Below are positions 54,335-64,000 of a stretch of DNA of 64,000 nucleotides, in pieces. This DNA is from Octopus vulgaris (lineage: Eukaryota), in NCBI GenBank assembly GCA_951406725.2, contig OX597842.1:19964001-20028000 (forward strand). Direction: 5' to 3'. How positions within the stretch are numbered: position 1 is the stretch's first letter; every line of letters begins with the position of its first letter. The notes beneath the pieces were generated by a model. It saw only the letters and a program-made list of their open reading frames with translations. It did no database searches and was not told the origin of the DNA. A program made the position numbers and the translations under genes.

Positions 54335-55869
54335 TTACGGATCTGCAGTTGACAAACAATAAAATATATACCTTTTGTTTTTAATAAAAAATAGTAATAT
54401 CTCCCAAGTTTGACCATTTTCATACTAAACTATTAAAAAATACTTTCGTTTCTGTTATACAAATTCCATTTCAAAGTGATCTAAAGGAAAAGTCCCCATC
54501 AAAATTTCCAGTAACACTATGTTGCACACATGAGCTTGGTTATATAAAGCCTTGTGAGTGGATTTGGTAGACGGATACTGAAGGAAGCCCGTTGTATATA
54601 TGTATATATATATGTGTGTTTGTGTGTCTGTTTGTCCCCCTAGCATTGCTTGACAACTGATGCTGGGGTGTCTATGTCCCCGTCACTTAGCAGTTCAGCA
54701 AGAGAACCGATAGAATAAGTACTAGGCTTACAAAGAATAAATCCTGGGGTCGATTTCCTCGACTCAAGGTGGTGCTCCAGCATGGCCACAGTCAAATGAC
54801 TGAAACAAGTAAAAAGAGAAAGAGAAAATAACCCCCCCACACACACACCTTGGTATTGACACCCTCATCCTTTGCCCTTGTGGCAAATAAAAGAAACCCT
54901 TATTATATACAACTATCAGCTGAGTCCATTGTGAAGATGGCCCCTCTACTTTCCTTCAACCAGGAAGGGCAACCAGTTTTTATCTGCTCGGGGCCCATGG
55001 CAAAAGGGATCATACAGTGGACATGTCTGAAAGGGCTGAAGACCAGCAACTGCCATTTTGTCAAAACCCTAATAAACTTTTTCAGGTTTCACTTGAAGAG
55101 GAAAATCAGGGTGGAGGGGTAAGTGCTGGCTTCCAAGCAGTTTGTTGTAAGGTGGGTGAGAGAGGTGAGCATTACCTGAGTGAATGGGCCTTCTCTCAGA
55201 GTGTACCTGTATATTGGAGAGTAAAGACTGGGAGAGGGCATCCACCCTGGTGATCAGGGAGACCATGGATTTTGTGGGCTCTCTTTACGTGTTGCCCTTG
55301 AAAGTCCCCACACTATCAGGGATCTTACTTTGACTTTCTTTTATTCTTTGTATGACTTTTTACATGCTAAAACCCACACTGTACCCTCCCGAATGTTTTG
55401 CTTTGTGTTAGCCCTCTGTGGTTAATAAAGAAATTATTATAAATCATTTCCTTACTCTTTATCTTCAAATCAATTCTTCCAACTTTAAGGTTGTCGTCTT
55501 CAAATCTCCAAGTCAAACATTCCTTAGTTACGTTTTTGATCCAAAGCTTGGAGATAATTGCTCTCTTTGTCACTTTATAGTCAGGGCCATCAGCGCATGT
55601 CCTGTCACATTCATATCTATTATCCTGGCAAATCCAAGCCACCGGTCGTTTCATGTGTGGTACATATATCGTAAGGTTGAGATCTCTATAGAGCTCAGCA
55701 GTTCCTGAAATGAAGAAATCAGTTAAGAAGTTTGCCTTTCAATCATACGGTTCTGGGTTCAGTCCCACTACACAGCACCTTGGGAAAGTGTCTTCTACTA
55801 CAGCATCAACCTTGTGAGTGGATTTTCTAGATGGAAATTGAAAGAAGCCCATTGTATGTATAATTGTGT

Positions 55870-55932
<63 letters not shown>

Positions 55933-56570
55933 CACACTTGTGTCTTTCAAAGCCTTGTGAGTGTATTTGATAGATGGAAACTGAAAGAAGCCCATTGTTT
56001 ATATATATGTAAATAGAAAATTATTATTTCTAAGTCCCTGAATGAGAAACATTCAGTAACATTACTCGAGAGTAAAGATTATTTGCCAACATAATATGGC
56101 AGTCCCAGTTAGGGTGATTGTTACTGCTATTTAGCCCTAGGAAACACTGCCTCCAGCTGGGTATATGACACATTATCTATGTCCTATGGGATGCTAAACT
56201 CCCTTGTTTGAAAATATAAGGATGCAGCAAGTGTGTCATATAGCCTGCTGGAGACGATGTTTCCTAGGGCTAAGGAACAGTAACAATCGTCCTAACCAGG
56301 ACTGCCACATTATGTTGGTAAATAATCTTTACCCTAGAGTACTGTTACTCAATGTCTTTTGTTCAGAGATTTAGAAATAATTTCCTATTTGTTAGATCAG
56401 TGACTGTGTGTCACTTTGAAAAGTATATATTTTGGACAAGAGTTTAGTGGAGTCATCTCTAGCCGAGCAGTTATTCGGTGTTGATGAAGGGAAATAACCC
56501 AGAGACCATTGGTATGCAGATAGTGTGCTGTGTAACCAGCTGGAGATGATGTTTCCTGCTGGAGACTGAT

Positions 56571-56609
<39 letters not shown>

Positions 56610-57017
56610 TTCAGCAAAAATTTAGATTCAAATGAAAATGTTACTGAATTTAGATGCACCAGAATTTTGCATGGTGTTATCCTTAGAAATCCGTGGGGTG
56701 AGTATAATGAAAATAAGCAACAAGAATTACTCCGGTAATTTGGTACGATCGTTTCGTACTACATCATTTTATTAAATGATGTAAGTATTACAACAGTTTT
56801 AAAATACTGAGCACTCATCAGCCAATTATAGAGGTTTTCCATTAATACAAAAATTTTCATTTCGAGTGGCAACATTATAGAGAAGAAAGCCTCTATAATT
56901 GGCTGATGAGTACTCAGCATCTTAAATCTGTTGTAATACTTACAACATTTAATAAAGTGATGTAGTACGAAACGATCGTACCAAATTACCGGAGTCATTC
57001 TTGTTGCTTATTTTGAG

Positions 57018-57048
<31 letters not shown>

Positions 57049-59312
57049 GTATATATATATATATTAAGTGCAGGGCATCACTGGCAAGTTATAAATATAT
57101 AAACACACAAGAGATAAGCAAGGGACAAAATAACAAAATACTTAACACCCAGTCATAATATTGTAAGAGGCAGCTTCTACCTGGCCGGAATCCATGCTAG
57201 GTATCAGTCAGCAAGTAATTTTCTTCATGGAACATGATTAGTTTCTTGCAGACTATTCATTCCATGACTTTGCTGATGTGTGAGGTCAGAGAGACAGGCC
57301 TATAATTTTTAGCACCTGCCCTGCTTCCTCCTTTATGAATACAGCATATTATTCCTTCTTTCAGTTTGTCTGGGAGCTTACCAATTAAAAGAAGGTGCAG
57401 TGGCATTAGGAAGGGCATCCAGCTGTAGAAACACTGCCAGATCAGGCAGGAGCCTGGTGCAGCCTCCTGGCTTACCCAGACCCCGGTCGAACCGTCCAAC
57501 CCGTGCTAGCATGGAAAGCGGACGTTAAACGATGATGATGATGATGATGATGAAATAGCAGTAGAAATGTTTCATCCATTATTTTCTAAGATAGGGCAGG
57601 AAGAAAATGTGCCTAATGACTGGAAAGAGGGACTCATTGTGAAATTGCCAAAAAAAGGAGATTTAAGCTTTTGCGGAAATTATAAACGGATTATGCTATT
57701 ATCAGCTCCCGGAAAAGATTTTAACAGGATACTTTTAGAGATGATGAGGACAGCAGTTGACAAATTGTTGTGTAAAGAAGAAGCTGGATTTAGGAAGAGA
57801 TCAAATCGCCACTCTTTGTATCATCGTAGAGCAAAGCGCAGAGTGGAATGCACCGATTTATTGAATTCGAAAAAGCATTCGATAGTGTAGATAGGGAAGG
57901 CTTATTGAAAATTATGCAGCACTATGGCATACCAGACAAGTACATATCTATAATAAGAGCAACTTACCAAGGAATGTCATGCCGAGTCTTGCAAGGAAAC
58001 GGAGCTACGGATAAATTCGATATAAAAACAGGAGTTCGACAGGGCTGTATACTTTCTCCCGTTTTATTTCTATTAGTCATAGATTGGATTATGAAGGAAA
58101 CTACGATTGAAAGCCAAACAAGCATTGAATGGACGGATGTGGAAGCTGTAGAAGATCTCGACTTTGCAGATGATAGGGGGCTGCTTTCACAAACATAGCC
58201 AAATGCAAAATAAAATATCAAAATTAGAAGCAATAGCTGCCAAAGTAGGATTGAAAGTCAACCTCAAATCAAAAATTATGCACGTTAATGTAGTAAACAA
58301 TGAATGTATTCAACTAGAAACTGGTGAACTGAAGGATGTAGCCGAGTTTATGTATTCAGGTAGTAAGATAACGTTTTCAGGTGGCACCGACGAAGATATT
58401 AAGGTGAGAATAAGTAAGGCAAGGACCGTTTTTCACCTGTTAAAGAAAGTATGGAGCGCAAGTGTAATTTCAATAAAGAACAAAATAACCTCTCGAAAGA
58501 GCTGTTCTTCACTCCTGCTCCAGAGCGTCGGCTGCGGGGTCACTCCGAAAAGCTCTATCTGTGACGATTTCATCTCAATCGAAGGAGAGTGGCCTTCTCT
58601 GTCCGGGTTGCGGTTCCGTGGAATAAGCTGCCGGACGAGATAATGAAGATGCCAACGACCGCTCGGTTCAAAGTCTCCCTTGACCACAAATGGCCTGAAC
58701 TCTTTGCATGAACACCACCCTGTACATAACTCCATGTCCCCCTACATGGCCTTGCTTTTTGCTTTTTGACACCAAAAATTAACTTAACATAACTTAAGTT
58801 AAGAATTTTTAACACTAACGTAAAAGCGGTGTTATTGTATGGGGCTGAGACATGGCAAACAACAGTCAAGTCAAATAAGCAAATACAACCATTCATCAAC
58901 AGATGCTTGCGTAGTATACTTAAAATTAGATGGCCCAAACACATAAGCAATATGGAGCTATGGCAAAGAGCAAATCAAGTTTCGATTAGGGAGCAAATAT
59001 TTAAGAAAAGGAGGAAGTGGATTGGTAGCACAATTAGAAAAGACACACTAAATGTAGCGTAAAGTGCTTTAAAGTGGAAACCGGTTGGATATAGAATGAA
59101 AGGTAGGCCTAAGAACTTACGGCGTAGATCAACACAAAAGGAACTAGAGAAAGGGGGACATTTATGGCAGAGTATAAGTACAGAGGCGAAATATTATGCA
59201 ACATGGAATTCAATTATAAGTGGCCTATACTCCACGTTGGAGGGTCAAAGGTAGGAAAGAAGAATATATTTACCACTTTGGGTGATCTCATAAATGCTAT
59301 CACTTGAGAAAC
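54335..59312 (-). CDS. Gene/module B: mini-exon 59312-59274, Ig-like exon 55704-55456, terminal exon 54342-54335 (stop before the anchor)
   Basis: GT-AG phase-1 sites conserved; FSSDSIYEITQSGTAELYRDLNLTIYVPHMKRPVAWICQDNRYECDRTCADGPDYKVTKRAIISKLWIKNVTKECLTWRFEDDNLKVGRIDLKIKNP*. Confidence 0.7.
57555..59240 (+). mobile_element. Degenerate RTE-like LINE reverse transcriptase, interrupted by a CR1/L2-like tail
   Basis: FEKAFDSV..GVRQGCILSPVLF..DLDFADD..LLYGAETW, with frameshifts. Confidence 0.9.
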
Positions 59313-61013
59313 CTGTAAAAGATGAAAAAAAAAACTTTGGTTTTTAAGATGAAATATTTCAAAATAATGTGAATAAATGAACATTATATTTCACAGTAAT
59401 TTGATTGCTAAATGATTAAACCAGCCATATCTGTTTTATGTTCTAAGTGGCCGGGTCCAGCCCCTCACACCTACCCAACAATGTCAGTCTAAAAATAAAC
59501 AATCACATCAGCAAAATATCAAAACTACAAAATAAAGAATGATTAATTCAAAAACCAAGACTAAATGAGCATTACATTAAACGGAATAAACTGATTGCTA
59601 ACGAGTTAAAGTAGCCATACCTGGCACAAAGATTCTACCTGTTTCGTGTTTAAACTGGTAATGGGTCAGCCTTTTACACCTGTCTTACAATGTCATTCTA
59701 AAAATGAACAGACAAGGACTGCTATGCAAAGAAGTGCTGATCTCTAACTGCGGAGGCAATCTGTGGAAGAGGTGGACCCTGGAAGGTGCAGGACAAAACG
59801 GTGGAACATGAGGGCTTTGGATGTTGAGGCTGACATATATTGATAAGTGACTGCGATTCCTGGGGATTTGCTCTTCTTCAGAAGATATGTCAAGCTAATG
59901 GAAATCAAGGATGTGGCCAGTGTCGGTAATTAGTAAAAGGCACCTGTGCCAGTGACGTGTAATTTATAAATCTTTCATCAAAACTTTATTGAGAATTTTC
60001 AACATGTGCTCCATCGGCACCCTGGAAATTTCAAATGTATCTATAGACTTGTGAACCACATTTGGAAGTATTTCTGGAGTTTATCTTCTGCACTGCTAAC
60101 TGAATGCATTCTTTAAGTTCAGCTAAAAGATTGCTCCATCTGGGGCATTGTGGGAAAGAAATTAATTGCAATCGTATTGAAAAAAGCTGTCATGGACAGA
60201 TAAGGAATGAAAATAAAATTATAAACAAAATTAAAAATTTAATCAATTAACATATATTAAATATGTGAAGCAGAAACAAAAAGGACCTTTAAAAAAAAAA
60301 GGGTCCAATTTCACTGAAATAGATAATTAATTCTGGGACAGTCTGTATTGAAAACACTTAGCCCCACTCAAATGACCCTACACTCTGAAATCTTTACCAA
60401 GAACAAAGTCCATGGGGTAAAGAGTGGCTATAAGGGGAATCCAGGTGGGCAGATATGGAGATAACGATGTAAATAAACAAATAAAACTGAGTGGGTTAGA
60501 TATACATCCATGCGTACACGTTAATAGAGAGGAAGCAAAGACTGAAAAATTTCAGACGGAGAATATTCAAGCATCAGAAATCTGAATTAAATATTAACAG
60601 AGCAAACTTACACAGACTAGAAAGGCACAGAAAATCAAAGGGGAGAATGTATGGTGTTACAGCTCCTTTCTTGGGGATTAGGCTTACTTCATTGTTGGTA
60701 GATGTACCATCCATACTCACAAATAGGTCTCGCTTTTTTTCACCAAAATTTTAGATAAAAATCAGGGGCACAACCTATCCAATAGATATCACAGGGATCT
60801 GAAGTGGTGTATCGGTAGTCCATGGCATACCCTGGACCTGGGCTTTTCAGTTTTAAAATTGTTATGGAAACTTTTCTGCAATGTTTACTAGAAAGCAGAA
60901 ACTGGAAGTTTGGTATTTGGTATTTTTTTGACATCCAGTCACCCCAATCTTTAGTTTAAAAATTTTGATAATTGCAAACCCTACTTACAAAGTTATAGTA
61001 AGAGTTATCAATA

Positions 61014-61402
61014 GGCGCAGAAGTGGCTGTGTGGTAAGTAGCTTGCTTACGAACCACATGGTTCCGGGTTCAGTCTCACTGTGTGGCATGTTGGGCAAGT
61101 GTCTTTTACTATAGCCTCGGGCCGACCAAAGCCTTGTGAGTGGATTTGGTAGACAGAAACTGAAAGAAGCCCGTCGTATATATGTATATATATATGTGTG
61201 TTTGTGTGTCTGTTTGTCCTCCAAATATCGCTTGACAACTGATGCTGGTGTGTCTATGTCCCTATTACTTAGCAGTTCGGCAAAAGAGAACCGATAGAAT
61301 AAGTACTAGGCTTACAAAGAATAAATCCTAGCGTCGATTTGATAGACAAAAGGCGGTGCTCCAGCATGGCCACAGTCAAATGACTGAAACAAGTAAAAAG
61401 AG
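61014..61402 (+). mobile_element. SINE family A, full length (5'-truncated at the equivalent sites 19294 and 54547)
   Basis: Match to family A consensus. Confidence 0.9.
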
Positions 61403-62043
61403 AAAGAGAATATAACCCCCCCACACACACACACACCTTGGTATTGACACCCTCATCCTTTGCCCTTGTGGCAAATAAAAGAAACCCTTATTATATACAA
61501 CTATCACCTGAGTCCATTGTGAAGATGGCCCCTCTACTTTCCTTCAACCAGGAAGGGCAACCAGTTTTTATCTGCTCGGGGCCCATGGCAAAGGGGATCA
61601 TATAGTGGACAAGTCTGAAAAGGCTGAAGACCAGCAATTGCCATTTTGTCAAAACCCTAATAAACTTTTTCAGGTTTCACTTGAAGAGGAAAATCAGGGT
61701 GGAGAGGTAAGTGCTGGCTTCCAAGCAGTTTGTTGAAAGGTGGGTGAGAGAGGTGAGCATTACCTGAGTGAATGGGCCTTCTCTCAGAGTGTACCTGTAT
61801 ATTGGAGAGGAAAGACTGGGAGAGGGCATCCACCCTGGTGGTCAGGGAGACCATGGATTTTGTGGGCTTTCTTTACGTGTAGCCCTTGACAGTCCCCCCA
61901 CTATCAGGGGTTTTACTTTGAATTTCTTTTATTCTTTGTATGACTTTTTACATGCTAAAACCCACACTGGACCCTCCCGAATGTTTTGCTTTGTGTTAGC
62001 CCTCTGTGGTTAGTAAAGAAATTATTATAAGTCATTTCCTTAC

Positions 62044-62292
62044 TCTTTATCTCCAAATTAATTCTTCCAACATTAAGGTTGTCATCATCAAATTTCCAAA
62101 TCGAACATTCCTTAGTTACTTTTCTGATCCAAAGCGTGGAGGTATTTCCATCCTGTGTCACTTTATAGTCAGGGCCATCAGCGCATGTCTTGTCACATTC
62201 ATATTTATAATCGTCGCACTTCCAAACCACCGGTCGTTTCATATCAGATATTGTTATTGAAAGGGTGAGACATCCATTGAGCACAGCAATTC
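62044..62292 (-). CDS. Ig-like domain exon, copy C (upstream exons would lie beyond the window)
   Basis: 249 bp, phase 1-1, open: IAVLNGCLTLSITISDMKRPVVWKCDDYKYECDKTCADGPDYKVTQDGNTSTLWIRKVTKECSIWKFDDDNLNVGRINLEIK. Confidence 0.82.
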
Positions 62293-62553
62293 CTGAAATA
62301 AAGAAATCAGTTAAGAAGTTTGCTTCCAAATCATATGGTCCCGGGTTCAGTCCCACTACACTGCACCTTGGGAAAGTGTCTTCTACTACAGCCTGTGTGG
62401 ATTTGTTAGATGGAAACTGAAAGAAGCCCATTGTATGTATGTGTGTGTGTGTGTATGTATATGTGTGTGTGTATATATGTATATACATACACACTTGCGT
62501 GTTTCAAAGCCTTGTTAGTGGATTTGATAGATGGAAACTGAGCGAAGCCCATT

Positions 62554-62592
<39 letters not shown>

Positions 62593-63414
62593 TTCACGAG
62601 TGGCTGTGTGGTGGGTAGCTTGTTTACCAATCACATTGTTCCGGGTTCAGTTCCACTGCATGACACCTTGGGCAAGTGTCTTCCACCATAGCCTCAGGCC
62701 GACCAAAGCCCTGTGAGTGTATATGATAGATGGAAACTGAAAGAAGCCCATTGTTTATATAAATGTATATATATATGTAATTAGGAAGTTATTATTTCTA
62801 AGTCACTGAATGAGAAACATTCAGTAACATTACTCGAGAGAAAAGATTATTTGCCAGCATAATATGGTAGTCCTAGTTAGGATGATCGTTACTGTTATCT
62901 AGCCCTAGGAAACACTGCCTCCAGCTGGGTATATGACACATTATCTATGTCCTATGGGATGCTAAACTCCCTTGTTTGAAAATATAAGGATGCAGCTAGT
63001 GCGTCATATAGCCAGCTGGAGGTGACGTTTCCTAGGGCTAAAGAACAGTAACAATCGTCCTAACCAGGACTGCCACATTATGTTGGCAAATAATCTCTAC
63101 CCTAGAGTACTGTTACTCAATGTCTTTTGTTCAGAGATTTAGAAATAATTTTCTATTTGTTAGATCAGTGACTGTGTGTCACTTTGAAAAGTATATATTT
63201 TGGACAAGAGTTTAGTGGAATCACATCTAGCTGAGCAGTTATTCTGTGCTGATGAAGGGAAATAACCCAGAGACCATTGGTATGCAGATAGTGTGCTGTA
63301 TCAGCAGCTGGAGATGATGTTTCCTGAGACTAAATAACAGTAACAATCGTCCTAACCAGGACTGCCACATTATGTTGGCAAATAATCTTTACTTCATATA
63401 TATATATATATATA

Positions 63415-63646
63415 ATAGAAACATTAAAATTTCTTAGTCTCTCTAAAGGAGACTACGGCAGCGGTACTGGATATTAATAGTTATTGCCAAGCTAATGTGG
63501 TAGTCCATAAATATAAGTCTAAAGCTGCTGTTGATTAGCTCCAAGAACCTGTATGGACTACCATATTAGCTTGGCGATAACAATTAATATCCAGTACCGC
63601 TGCCGTAGTCTCCTTTAGAGAGACTTAGAAATTTTGATATTTCTAT
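63415..63646. repeat. Palindrome with ~105-bp arms adjoining (TA)n
   Basis: CTAAAGGAGACTACGGCAGCGGTACTGGATATTAAT / ATTAATATCCAGTACCGCTGCCGTAGTCTCCTTTAG. Confidence 0.85.
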
Positions 63647-63947
63647 TTTTGAAAACCAATAGATGTATTCCACTGAAATTAGGTAAATAATCTTTCGAAA
63701 AGATGATTTGTAGCGACACCTGCTGGGTCTGGCTATTCTGCATTGATAAAGAGTAAATACCCTGAAATATGTCTGCAGATGTCTGACCAGGAAGGGGAAG
63801 CAGCTGACCTTCCCTGTTCGAAGGTTATAATGGACACAGGTTCGTGTGTCATATAGCTAGCTAGAGGCAATGGCCTCTTGGAGCTAATCAACGGCAGCTT
63901 TAGTCTTATATTTATGGACTACCAAATTAGCTTGGCGATAACTATTA

Positions 63948-63981
<34 letters not shown>

Positions 63982-64000
63982 CGTCTGCCAGCCTCGTCTG

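Noticed and set aside
60740-60934. Possible terminal exon for Ig-like copy C
   Set aside because: The phase-1 frame stops almost immediately, there is no similarity to the anchor exon, and identity is unresolved

Overview
AT-rich, repeat-dense animal genomic DNA, most likely an octopus/coleoid cephalopod (inferred from the tRNA-derived SINE families and the GEKPxHCDIC zinc-finger linker style; not database-confirmed). Most ORFs in the track are by-products of SINEs, LINE fragments (RTE-, CR1/L2-, L1/Tx1-like), DNA transposons/MITEs, Helitron-like elements and (TA)n/(TG)n tracts. Two gene systems stand out. (1) Two damaged tandem units of a replication-dependent core histone cluster (~39.6-52.4 kb): intact H4 x2, H3, H2A and H2B with 3' stem-loops, plus a frameshifted H3, a deleted H2A and an H2B-LINE chimera. 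(2) A spliced minus-strand family of small atypical Ig-like surface proteins that the ORF track does not assemble. One complete 4-exon model (signal exon, 39-bp mini-exon, 249-bp Ig-like exon, hydrophobic anchor exon; 143 aa) lies at 18992-25152, with two further Ig-like exons at 55.5 and 62.1 kb. The Ig-like exons differ far more, and almost only non-synonymously, than their adjacent introns, which suggests a diversifying recognition-receptor family. All exon models and difference counts were made by hand and need RNA-seq and computational confirmation.
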